This document shows positions 1 through 8,026 of a stretch of DNA of 64,000 nt, one piece after another. Position 1 is the stretch's first letter, and every line of letters starts with the position of its first letter. Source of the stretch: an uncultured Bordetella sp. (GTDB taxonomy: Bacteria; Pseudomonadota; Gammaproteobacteria; Burkholderiales; SG8-41); the NCBI GenBank assembly GCA_964433345.1, contig CAYSQJ010000001.1, forward strand, positions 100,499 through 164,498, written 5' to 3'. Below the pieces are notes generated by a model, which saw only the letters and a program-made list of their open reading frames with translations, was not told the DNA's origin and did no database searches. The position numbers were made by a program, and so were the translations under genes.

Positions 1-267
1 GACGACGTCAACGTGCGCGACTGGAAGGAAGTGATCTGGGCGATGACCACGCGCGTCGATCCCAAGCGCGACACGCTGATCGCCGACGCGACGCCGATCG
101 ACTACCTCGATTTCGCCAGTCCCGTTGCCGGCCTCGGTTCGAAGATGGGCATAGACGCCACCAACAAATGGCCGGCGGAAACCAGCCGTGAGTGGGGTAC
201 GCCGATCGCGATGAGTGAGGATGTGAAGAAGCGCGTCGATGCGCTGTGGGCGCAGCTGGGGCTGTAA
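1..267 (+). CDS. ubiD: UbiD-family (4-hydroxy-3-polyprenylbenzoate) decarboxylase, C-terminal fragment; the gene starts upstream of the window
   Basis: The frame-1 ORF is open to the window edge. The tail [19 protein letters not shown]...GIDATNKW looks like a conserved UbiD C-terminus. Confidence 0.8.
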   Translation, partial: DDVNVRDWKEVIWAMTTRVDPKRDTLIADATPIDYLDFASPVAGLGSKMGIDATNKWPAETSREWGTPIAMSEDVKKRVDALWAQLGL

Positions 268-293
268 CATGGCAGATCTGTATTTATAAGTAT

Positions 294-313
294 TTGTTTT
301 TATTGATATTTAT
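294..313. repeat. AT-rich 20-bp element, copy a (TTGtTTTTATTGATATTTaT), preceded by TAAGTAT
   Basis: Matches the core shared with copies at 25046, 29039, 38921 and 51450. It lies in the ubiD / membrane-protein intergenic region. Confidence 0.6.
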
Positions 314-353
314 TATTCCCCGCCTTTTGCGCCCCGAGCGCTGAAAGCCCGCC

Positions 354-1142
354 TTGAATACCATCCTGTTGCTGAAGCTGGTGCTGGTGCCTGCACTGAT
401 CGCGGGCGTGACGCTCGCCGGCCGGCGCTGGGGGCCGGCGGTCGCCGGCTGGCTCTCGGCCTTCCCGATCGTCGCGGGACCGATACTGTGGTTCATCGCC
501 CTGGAGCAGGGTGCGGCCTTCGCCGCGCAGGCGGCAGTCGGCACGCTGTCAGCGGTGCTGGGCATGCTTGCTTTCGGTTTGAGCTATGCCTGGGCGGCGA
601 CGCGTTTTTCATGGCCGCTGAGCCTGCCGCTGGCCTACGTCGGTTATGCGTTCGCCGTCGTGCTGCTTGAATGGTGGAATGCCACGCTGGCGTCAGCCGC
701 TGTCGGCGTGCTGCTCGGCCTGTGGCTCGCGCCGCGTTTCTATCCGCATCTCGCGGCCGCCGCTGCGTCTGCGGCGAAACCGCCGCGCGACATGCTGCTG
801 CGCATGATGCTCGGCGCGCTGCTGGTGCTGGGGGTGACGTATTCCGCCGCGCAGCTGGGGCCGTCACTGAGCGGCATACTTGCGATGTTTCCGGTGATGG
901 GCACGGTGCTGGTGCTGTTCACCCATCGCAGCGCCGGTGCCGCGGCGACCGTGCAACTGTTGCGCGGCATGGTGCTGGGTTTTTATTCCTTCAGCACGTT
1001 CTGTGCCGTGCTGGCCTGGTCGCTCACCGTTGTCGGCATCGGCATGGCTTTCCTGTGGGCGCTGGCTGCCGCCGGACTGGTGCAGCTGCTGTCGCGGCTG
1101 TGGATGAGCCGCCACGGCCTCGCGATCGCGGGCCGCTCCTAG
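354..1142 (+). CDS. Integral membrane protein of unknown function (multi-pass, very hydrophobic)
   Basis: 262-aa ORF with a TTG start. It has successive hydrophobic stretches (LLLKLVLVPALIAGVTLAG, FPIVAGPILWFIAL ...). I recognise no family motif. Confidence 0.55.
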   Translation: MNTILLLKLVLVPALIAGVTLAGRRWGPAVAGWLSAFPIVAGPILWFIALEQGAAFAAQAAVGTLSAVLGMLAFGLSYAWAATRFSWPLSLPLAYVGYAFAVVLLEWWNATLASAAVGVLLGLWLAPRFYPHLAAAAASAAKPPRDMLLRMMLGALLVLGVTYSAAQLGPSLSGILAMFPVMGTVLVLFTHRSAGAAATVQLLRGMVLGFYSFSTFCAVLAWSLTVVGIGMAFLWALAAAGLVQLLSRLWMSRHGLAIAGRS

Positions 1143-2605
1143 GGCTTCCTGCCCTGTAGCCTTCGCCGCTCCTGGCGACCGCAGCAGCTGTCGCGGTTAT
1201 GCACCCATTGCAGCAGCGCATCCATCGCCGGTTGCGCGTTGAAGGCATTGGCGTGGTTGACCATGAACACCACCACCGAACGGTTGCCCTGCGCATCGAG
1301 TACATAGCCGGCGATGGAGCGCACGCCCGACAGTGAACCCGTCTTGATGTGAGCCTGGCCGGCGATATCCGCGCTTTTCAGGCGCCGGCGCATGGTGCCG
1401 TCAACCGCAGCCACCGGCAGCGAGGCCATCAGCTCGGGCATCACCGGGCTTGCCCAGGCGCTGAGCAGCACCGCGCCGAGGTTGCGTGCGCTGATGCGCT
1501 CGATGCGCGATAGCCCCGAACCGTTTTCGAGTACCAGCTCCGGGAAAGACAGGCCTTTCAGCGCCAGCCATTGCCTGACGGCAACGGTCGCGCTGGCGGT
1601 GCTGGCGCCGGCATCGTTGAATCCTAGCGCGAGGAACAGCTGCCGCGACATCACGTTGTTGGAGTACTTGTTGACGTCGCGCACGATCTCCGACAACGAC
1701 TGTGATTTGACGGTGGACAGCACGCGCGCCGTGGCCGGCGTCGCGCCATCGCGGACTTGGCCGCTGAAGCTGCCGCCCAGCTCGCGCCACAGCAGCGTGA
1801 ACAGCGCGCCGACGTACTGGCGGTGGCCAAGCACGCTGAAGCTGCGCTGGCGCTCGCCGCAGTCGAGGACGTAGCTGCCGGAGAAGGCGAGGCGTGCCGA
1901 ATCGGCGTTGCCCTGGGCGTCGATTTTCATGCGGGCGAGCCAGTCGCCGCAGCCGCCGTCGACCACTTTCAGGTTGTTGACGACCTGCACCTGGGGCAGC
2001 GGCGGCTCGGCAATGATGCGCACCGTGCGCGTTGCCGCATCCGGGATGAACTGCAGCGTGACCGCCTTGAAATTGACCAGCAGCGCGTTCGGCGCCGTGT
2101 TGTAGGGGCGGGTCGGCTGGTCGTCGAACTGGCCGGGATCCGGCGCCTCGTCGGCAAACAGCCGGCGGTCGAGCACGAGGTCGCCGCGGATGTCGCGCAG
2201 GCCGCGTGCGCGCAAGTTGCGCAGCAGCAGCCAGAAGTGCTCCAGCGTCAGCTTCGGATCGCCGGCGCCCTTCAGATAGAGGTTGCCGAGCAGGCTGTCC
2301 TGGGTCAGCGTGCCGTCGGCCAGGGCTTCGGTGTTCCAGGTATAGGCCGGCCCGAGCAGTTCCAGTCCGGCATAGGTGGTGACGATTTTCATGCTCGACG
2401 CCGGATTCAGCGAGCGCTCGGCGCCGACTGCCACCACCGCGTCGCCGCCGATCTCGTGCACATACACGCCGACCGCGGACTCCGGGATGCCGGCCCGTGC
2501 CAGCGCCTGGGCCACCGGCTCGGGGAGCGCGGACGAGGGCTGCGCGCTTGCGCCGGCAGCAAACAGGGTGACGAGCAGTGCGGCAACGATCTGGCGGATG
2601 CGCAT
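1139..2605 (-). CDS. dacB: D-alanyl-D-alanine carboxypeptidase/endopeptidase (PBP4, peptidase S13)
   Basis: Contains the SxxK motif (PASSMKIVTT) and PBP4-like sequence throughout. The start is trimmed to the internal ATG at 2605, giving the signal peptide MRIRQIVAALLVTLFAAGASAQ. The 544-aa track ORF has an implausible Arg-rich extension. Confidence 0.88.
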   Translation of the reverse strand: MRIRQIVAALLVTLFAAGASAQPSSALPEPVAQALARAGIPESAVGVYVHEIGGDAVVAVGAERSLNPASSMKIVTTYAGLELLGPAYTWNTEALADGTLTQDSLLGNLYLKGAGDPKLTLEHFWLLLRNLRARGLRDIRGDLVLDRRLFADEAPDPGQFDDQPTRPYNTAPNALLVNFKAVTLQFIPDAATRTVRIIAEPPLPQVQVVNNLKVVDGGCGDWLARMKIDAQGNADSARLAFSGSYVLDCGERQRSFSVLGHRQYVGALFTLLWRELGGSFSGQVRDGATPATARVLSTVKSQSLSEIVRDVNKYSNNVMSRQLFLALGFNDAGASTASATVAVRQWLALKGLSFPELVLENGSGLSRIERISARNLGAVLLSAWASPVMPELMASLPVAAVDGTMRRRLKSADIAGQAHIKTGSLSGVRSIAGYVLDAQGNRSVVVFMVNHANAFNAQPAMDALLQWVHNRDSCCGRQERRRLQGRKP

Positions 2606-2622
2606 GATGGCCTGGAAGGGGT

Positions 2623-4014
2623 TCAGATAATGACGGCGCTGTGCATGGCGGGAATATCGATGCCGCCCCAGCCCAGCCGGTCGCGGATCGCGGTCGCGAA
2701 AATTTCCGCGGTGTCCTGTTCGCCGTGAACGACAAAAGTGCGCTTCGGCGGGCGTTTGAAATGCCTGAGCCACTCGAGCAGGGCGGCCTGGTCGGCATGG
2801 GCTGACAATCCGCCGATGGTGTAGATGTCTGCCTTCACCGGCACCGGGATGCCGAACAGGCGCACGGACTTCGCGCCGTCGACGATGCGCCGGCCCAGGG
2901 TGCCCGCGGCCTGGAAGCCGGCGATGATCACGCTGCAGTCACGGCGGCCAAGGTTGTGGCGCAGATGGTGCTTGATGCGGCCGGCATTGCACATGCCGCT
3001 CGCCGAGATGATCACCGCACCCTGCCTGATGCGCTGCAGCTCGGTGGATTCCAGCACGTCCTGCACGAAATGGATACGCGGCCTGCCGCGGCGGCCTTTG
3101 ACCCACTGCAGCAGCGCTGCGGCCTCCTTGTCGAGCAGCGCCCAGTGTTTTGCGGTGATCTCGGTCGCCTTCAGCGCCATGGGCGAATCGACATAGATGT
3201 CCATTTCAGGCAGTTTCCCCTGGCGGTACAAGTCGACCAGCAGGTAGAGGATTTCCTGGGTACGACCGACGGCGAAGGCGGGGATGATGACATTGCCTTT
3301 CTTGTGCTGCAGGGTGTCGGTCACCGCATGGGTCAGTTCGGCGAGGGTGTCTTCCATCGTCCGGTGCAGACGGTTGCCATAGGTCGATTCGACCACCAGC
3401 ACATCGGCCTCGGCGATGCGCACGGGATCGCGCACCAGCGGCCGGCAGGGCTGTCCGAGGTCGCCGGAGAATACGATCTTGCGGTTATGGTTGCCGTCGC
3501 GCACCCACAATTCGATGATCGCCGAGCCGATGATGTGGCCGGCGTCGCGGAACACGCAGCGCACGGCCGGATGCGGGTGCAGTTCAATGTCATATTCGAG
3601 CGGACGCAGCTGGCGCAGCGTGCGGTTGACTTCAGGCAGCGTGTAGAGCGGGGGCCGCCCCGCGCCGCGCGCACGTGCCTTCTCGCGCCACTCCTGTTCC
3701 CGTTGCTGGATATGCGCGGAGTCGGCGAGCATGACGCCCAGCAGATCAGCGGTGGCGGCGGTGGTGTGTATCGGGCCGCGGAAGCCCTGCGCGACCAGCC
3801 GCGGCAACAGGCCGGAGTGGTCGATGTGGGCGTGGGTCAGCAGCACGAAATCCAGCGTCTCCGGCGCGAAGGCGAAGCGCGCATAGTTCTTGGGGTCGGC
3901 ATCGCGGCCGCCCTGGAACATGCCGCAGTCGACGAGGAAACACACTTCGTCGGTTTCAATGAGGAAGCTCGAGCCCGTGACTTCGCCGGCGGCGCCGAGG
4001 AAGGTCAGTTTCAT
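2623..4014 (-). CDS. MBL-fold metallo-hydrolase of the beta-CASP (RNA-metabolising nuclease) type
   Basis: N-terminus MKLTFLGAAGEVTGSSFLIE, the HAHIDHSG metallo-beta-lactamase motif, and a 463-aa length with a C-terminal beta-CASP-like region (SAHAD). Confidence 0.8.
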   Translation of the reverse strand: MKLTFLGAAGEVTGSSFLIETDEVCFLVDCGMFQGGRDADPKNYARFAFAPETLDFVLLTHAHIDHSGLLPRLVAQGFRGPIHTTAATADLLGVMLADSAHIQQREQEWREKARARGAGRPPLYTLPEVNRTLRQLRPLEYDIELHPHPAVRCVFRDAGHIIGSAIIELWVRDGNHNRKIVFSGDLGQPCRPLVRDPVRIAEADVLVVESTYGNRLHRTMEDTLAELTHAVTDTLQHKKGNVIIPAFAVGRTQEILYLLVDLYRQGKLPEMDIYVDSPMALKATEITAKHWALLDKEAAALLQWVKGRRGRPRIHFVQDVLESTELQRIRQGAVIISASGMCNAGRIKHHLRHNLGRRDCSVIIAGFQAAGTLGRRIVDGAKSVRLFGIPVPVKADIYTIGGLSAHADQAALLEWLRHFKRPPKRTFVVHGEQDTAEIFATAIRDRLGWGGIDIPAMHSAVII

Positions 4015-4490
4015 GCCGCGGCCCGCATCCGTTCGAGCAGCCGGCTGATGACGGCATGGGCCCAGTCGTAGATCTGCGGCTGCTTGCTCGCGCGCGGGCC
4101 GGCGACATTGAGCGAGCGGATGCCGTGGCGCAAGACAAAATCCGCGATTGCGGCTGCAGCGCCGGCGATATCCGTCTTTTCGCGGGCAATTACCAGGCAG
4201 GGTTTGCCGAGTTCGTCACAGAACAGGCGGGTCTGCAGCGTGCCGCCTTCGAGCTTTTCGCCGTGGAGAATCACCGTACCGTCGCTGTCGGCGACATTGG
4301 CGCGGGTGCGCTCGATGTAGCCGCTGCCGGGAATCTCGGTCAGCGGATAGCGCGCCGGGAGTGGTCCGTCCTCGGCCATGCGTCCGCCGGGGCACCAGCC
4401 GCCGCAAGGAGCACCCGCGTCCAGTGCGGCGTCCAGGGCTGCGCGGTCGACGCCGGTTTGTCCGCCGGAGATGATGCGAAGCGTGTTCAT
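4011..4490 (-). CDS. Circularly permuted YpsA-type SLOG-family protein (formerly annotated 'molybdenum cofactor carrier')
   Basis: Hallmark N-terminus IISGGQTGVDRAALDAALDAGAPCGGWCPGGRMAEDG...RYPL...RTRANVADSDGTVIL. ATGA overlaps with both neighbouring genes. Confidence 0.7.
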   Translation of the reverse strand: MNTLRIISGGQTGVDRAALDAALDAGAPCGGWCPGGRMAEDGPLPARYPLTEIPGSGYIERTRANVADSDGTVILHGEKLEGGTLQTRLFCDELGKPCLVIAREKTDIAGAAAAIADFVLRHGIRSLNVAGPRASKQPQIYDWAHAVISRLLERMRAAA

Positions 4491-5821
4491 GCGGCATCCA
4501 CCAGTTCCAGCGTGCGCCCGGCAAGCAGTGCCATCTCTTCGTCGCTGATCGAGTACGGCGGCATGAAATAGACGGTGTTGCCCGCGTTTCCGCTAATGGG
4601 CCGCAGCAGCAGCTCGCGCTCGAGTGCGGCCTCGAACAAGCGGCGGGCGAAGCCGGGTTTCGCGTCCTCGACCTCGAAGGCCCAGATCATTCCGCAGTTG
4701 CGGAAGTCGCGCACCCGCGGATGGGCGGCGAGCCCGCGGGTCAGTGCCGTCATGCGCGCCGCCTTGTCGCGGTTGGTTTCGATGACGCGGTCCTCATCGA
4801 AAATGTCCAGCGTCGCCAGCGCGGCGCGGCAGGCGAGCGCGTTGCCGGTGTATGAATGCGAGTGCAGGAAGCCGCGGGTGACTTCGTCGTCGTAGAAGGC
4901 CTGGTACACCCGGTCGGTGGTCAGTACCGCAGACAGCGGCAGGTAGCCGCCGGTGATGCCTTTCGACAGGCAGAGGAAATCCGGAACAATGCCGGCCTGC
5001 TGGTGCGCGAAGAAGCTGCCGGTGCGGCCGAAGCCGGTCATGATTTCGTCGGCGATCAGGTGCACCTCGTAGCGGTCGCAGAGCAGGCGCGCCTGGCGCA
5101 GATACTCGGCGTCGTACATCGCCATGCCGGTGGCGCCCTGCACCAGCGGCTCGACGATCAGCGCCGCGGTGACGGCATGGTGCTGTTCGAGGTGGCGCTC
5201 CAGCGCCTGTGCACAGGTGATCGCATGATCGCGCGGCGACACGCCGGGCGCGGCCTGCCGCCAGTCGGGGCTGGGTACCTGCACGCTGTGGCGCAGCAAC
5301 GGCGCATAGGTGTCCTTGAACAGCGCGACATCGGTCACCGACAGCGCACCCAGGGTTTCACCGTGATAGCTGCCGGCAAGGCTGACGAATCCGGTCTTTG
5401 CCGGCCGGCCGGTATTGCGCCAGTAGTGGAAACTCATTTTCAGCGCGATCTCGGTGGCCGAGGCGCCGTCGCTGCCGTAGAAGCAGTGGCCGAGCGCGCC
5501 GCCGGTTTGCGCCGACAGCCGCTCCGAGAGCCGAACCACCGGTTCGTGGGTGAAGCCGGCGAGCATCGCGTGCTCGAGCGTCTGCAGCTGGTCGATCAGT
5601 GCGGCATTGATGCGCGGCTCGGCATGACCGAAGAGGTTGACCCACCACGAGCTGACGGCATCGAGGTAGCGTTTGCCATCGCAGTCGTAGAGCCAGCAGC
5701 CCTTCGCACGCGCGACCGGAATGATCGGCAGCGTTTCGTGCTGCTTCATCTGGGTGCAGGGGTGCCACACTGCAGTGCGGCTGCGTGTTAGCAGCACAGT
5801 ATTGCGAGTGCTGGTTTGCAT
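4487..5821 (-). CDS. bioA: Adenosylmethionine-8-amino-7-oxononanoate aminotransferase
   Basis: WHPCTQM...GCWLYD...SSWWVNLFGH aligns to the BioA N-terminus, and the rest is class-III aminotransferase throughout. The start is set at the ATG at 5821 (MQTSTRN...); the track ORF extends 21 codons further. Confidence 0.88.
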   Translation of the reverse strand: MQTSTRNTVLLTRSRTAVWHPCTQMKQHETLPIIPVARAKGCWLYDCDGKRYLDAVSSWWVNLFGHAEPRINAALIDQLQTLEHAMLAGFTHEPVVRLSERLSAQTGGALGHCFYGSDGASATEIALKMSFHYWRNTGRPAKTGFVSLAGSYHGETLGALSVTDVALFKDTYAPLLRHSVQVPSPDWRQAAPGVSPRDHAITCAQALERHLEQHHAVTAALIVEPLVQGATGMAMYDAEYLRQARLLCDRYEVHLIADEIMTGFGRTGSFFAHQQAGIVPDFLCLSKGITGGYLPLSAVLTTDRVYQAFYDDEVTRGFLHSHSYTGNALACRAALATLDIFDEDRVIETNRDKAARMTALTRGLAAHPRVRDFRNCGMIWAFEVEDAKPGFARRLFEAALERELLLRPISGNAGNTVYFMPPYSISDEEMALLAGRTLELVDAA

Positions 5822-5895
5822 TTCGGGGGGATGTGGTCGAATGTTTTTCGCGCCCGGTCCAGGGTTGCCGGCGGCCGCCGTCAAGTTTAACAGCA
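5754..5895. repeat. Direct repeat A: first ~23 codons of bioA plus its upstream region
   Basis: 5754-5779 is identical to 10537-10562. The next 48 nt differ at 2 positions, after a 9-nt indel. Similarity decays upstream but resumes at GTTTAACAGCA (5885-5895 vs 10765-10775). Confidence 0.8.
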
Positions 5896-6005
5896 GGCTG
5901 CGGGGCCCGCGCAGCGGTGATCCGGATCAGGCGGCGGGACTTTCGATGAGCTGAATCTGCGCTGCCGATGAACGCGCAGCGGCCTGCAACGCAATCCGGG
6001 CCGGC

Positions 6006-6034
6006 TTGACAGGGGGCGACCAATGGCCTATTTT
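6006..6034 (+). promoter_or_regulatory. Sigma70-like promoter (TTGACA, 17-nt spacer, TATTTT)
   Basis: Consensus -35 at 6006-6011, a 17-nt spacer, and a -10 at 6029-6034. It points toward the 6406 operon. Confidence 0.4.
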
Positions 6035-6040
6035 CGCGCC

Positions 6041-6354
6041 CGTGATAATTTCTGCACATCCCGTCTCCACTTCTTCAGTCAGCCAGATTCAAATGGCAGG
6101 CATGCGTACGCGCGTGTTCAGACTGACGCGGTGCCTGGCTGTTCTCAAGCCGGCCGCAGATATTTAAGCCCGGCGATTTCCCCCAGTTCTCATTAGCGCA
6201 AAACCTCCATCGCCGGGCTAAAGCCAGCGCGATGGCGCCCTGCTGACTGACAGCAGCGGCTGCGTTTCCGGGAGCAAATCATGTGTAGGTCCGCAAGTGG
6301 CCGGCGGATATCCGCCGTAACCGGCATTGACCGGCCGGTTCATTCCTTTTTTTT
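6041..6354 (+). ncRNA. Candidate structured 5' leader or unclassified ncRNA
   Basis: No credible ORF. Stems: 6080-6086/6135-6141 (7 bp), 6111-6115/6126-6130, a perfect 11-bp stem 6167-6177/6209-6219, 6240-6245/6251-6256, the palindrome 6302-6317, and 6319-6325/6334-6340 followed by T8 at 6347-6354. Confidence 0.3.
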
Positions 6355-6405
6355 CCGATGGGGCAGCGCCTGCAGGGACTATTTCCCCGCAGCGGCTGAA
6401 ACACC

Positions 6406-7272
6406 ATGGAATTGACCCGGAGTTTCATAAAAAGCAAGCGTCCCTGTGCCGAAGGGTTTCGCTGGTTTCTGCGCACCCACCGGGACGGCGGCGACTATCA
6501 GCCGCTGCTCGATGCCCTCGTCGGCGACGGCAGGATTGATGACGCCTGCTGGCTGCTGACGCAGTTTGGCCCGACGGACGCCGTCCTGTCAGTCGACGCG
6601 ATCGATGCCGAAGCCGTGGTGTTTGCGGGCTCGATTGAAGTCCGCGGCAACATCGACATCGGCTCGACGCTGCGTGCGGGCCGCTCGATCACCGCGGGCG
6701 GTGGCATCCGGGCGGGGCATGCCGTCGTTGCCGGTGAAGATGTGCGTGCAGGCGGCGGCATCCGCTCCGGCGGCACATTGCTTGCCGGCGGCGATGTCCG
6801 CGCCGGATGGGGTGTTGACGTCGAAGGCGCCCTGACTTGCGATGGTGACCTGCGCGCCGAATGGGATCTGTCCTGCGGCGGTCCGCTGATATTGGGTGGC
6901 AATGCAGGCATCGGCCAGGACCTGCTTGCCCGGGGAAGCGTCCGCTGCGGAAAGTCCCTGCGTGCAGGAGGCTCCATCCATGGTGCCGACAGCATCGAGG
7001 TCGCCAGGGGGATCGAGGCCGGCGCATCGATTCAATGCGGGGGGCATCTGGAGGCTGGCTGGGGCATCAAGGCTCATGACGACATTGCCGCCGAAGGCGC
7101 CATCAGGGCCGGTGAAAGCGTGCTGACCGGGGGTGATATTCGCGCCGGCAGGGACTATGGAATCTACGCCGGCCTCGTGGTGCAGATGGCCGCCTGGGAG
7201 GCCAGCGCCCGCGTGCATGCCCGGTCAAGGCCGGAGCGCCTGATGAGCGGCTGGTGGGCGGTCCCGGCCTGA
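6406..7272 (+). CDS. Hexapeptide-repeat (beta-helix-type) protein with an orphan ~70-aa N-terminal domain
   Basis: 288-aa ORF. Residues 71-256 parse into 31 consecutive hexads, with I/L/V at position 1 in 29 of 31. The N-terminus MELTRSFIKSKRPCAEGFRWFLR... matches no family I recognise. Confidence 0.65.
   Translation: MELTRSFIKSKRPCAEGFRWFLRTHRDGGDYQPLLDALVGDGRIDDACWLLTQFGPTDAVLSVDAIDAEAVVFAGSIEVRGNIDIGSTLRAGRSITAGGGIRAGHAVVAGEDVRAGGGIRSGGTLLAGGDVRAGWGVDVEGALTCDGDLRAEWDLSCGGPLILGGNAGIGQDLLARGSVRCGKSLRAGGSIHGADSIEVARGIEAGASIQCGGHLEAGWGIKAHDDIAAEGAIRAGESVLTGGDIRAGRDYGIYAGLVVQMAAWEASARVHARSRPERLMSGWWAVPA
6616..7173 (+). repeat. 31 uninterrupted 18-nt (hexapeptide) coding repeats
   Basis: VVFAGS IEVRGN IDIGST LRAGRS ITAGGG IRAGHA VVAGED VRAGGG IRSGGT LLAGGD VRAGWG ... 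IRAGRD YGIYAG. Confidence 0.8.
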
Positions 7273-7336
7273 GCGGCGCTGATCCACTACGCAGCGCGGC
7301 ATACCGGCTGTTTCAACCTCAACGGAGATTCCATTC

Positions 7337-8017
7337 ATGCATACCCTGCGTATTCCCTTCCCCGTTCCCCCGTGGTTTTGGCCTGCCATGGAACTCCGAA
7401 TTGATGTCGGGCATCGGCCATCCGACATCGAGCGGGAGCTCGAGGCGCTTTACCGGCGGCTGACCCGCCCGGGCGACGCGCTCCATGGCCTGCCCGCGAT
7501 CTGCATCCGCTTGCCCGGGCTCGTGCTGCGTTATCGCGAGGCTGACGGCGAGCATTATGTCTATGCCGAGGACACGGTGAAGCGCTGTCTCGCAGGTTAC
7601 GTCGTGTTCAACAGGCTTGTCGAAGTCAATCGCAGGACGGACCCGTATCTGCGGGCGCCCCATGCGAAGTTTGCGGGCGCATACCAGCGACTCGGCATCG
7701 CGACCGCCGTTTACCGGTGGTGGCTGGATTCCGGGAATTGCCTGATTTCCGGAGCCCGCCAGTCTCCGGGCGCAAATGCCTTGTGGAGTTCGCTGGCAAG
7801 GCGTTACGAATCCTTTTACGTGGATTTGCGCAACAGACAATTGCGCCATCTGGGACCGCAGCCCGACGCCCGGACGCAGCAGGATCTGCATACGCGCTTT
7901 GTGCTGCTCGGCAGGGGATGGTGCAGGGAGAGGCTGGCGGAGTGCACCGGCATGCAGGTGGAGCCCTGCACTTCGGTAGCAGAAGCCGTGGCGGTCAAGG
8001 TGGGGGGGTGCCTCTAG
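7337..8017 (+). CDS. Hypothetical protein, possibly GNAT-fold N-acyltransferase
   Basis: 226-aa ORF with GGAG 9 nt upstream of the ATG. AYQRLGIATAVYRWWL fits GNAT motif A (Q/R-x-x-G-x-G/A), and ANALWSSLARRY resembles motif B. The family call is tentative. Confidence 0.45.
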   Translation: MHTLRIPFPVPPWFWPAMELRIDVGHRPSDIERELEALYRRLTRPGDALHGLPAICIRLPGLVLRYREADGEHYVYAEDTVKRCLAGYVVFNRLVEVNRRTDPYLRAPHAKFAGAYQRLGIATAVYRWWLDSGNCLISGARQSPGANALWSSLARRYESFYVDLRNRQLRHLGPQPDARTQQDLHTRFVLLGRGWCRERLAECTGMQVEPCTSVAEAVAVKVGGCL

Positions 8018-8026
8018 AAGGGGGCC

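Noticed and set aside
275-287. GATCTGTATTTAT, resembling the oriC 13-mer GATCTnTTnTTTT
   Set aside because: It is a single copy with two mismatches. There are no DnaA boxes and no dnaA/dnaN/gidA context. It is more simply part of the AT-rich element region.
6319-6354. Calling the 6319-6340 hairpin plus T8 a bona fide intrinsic terminator
   Set aside because: Six non-U nucleotides separate the stem from the T-run, which is atypical. I kept it only as a terminator-like feature within the candidate leader finding.
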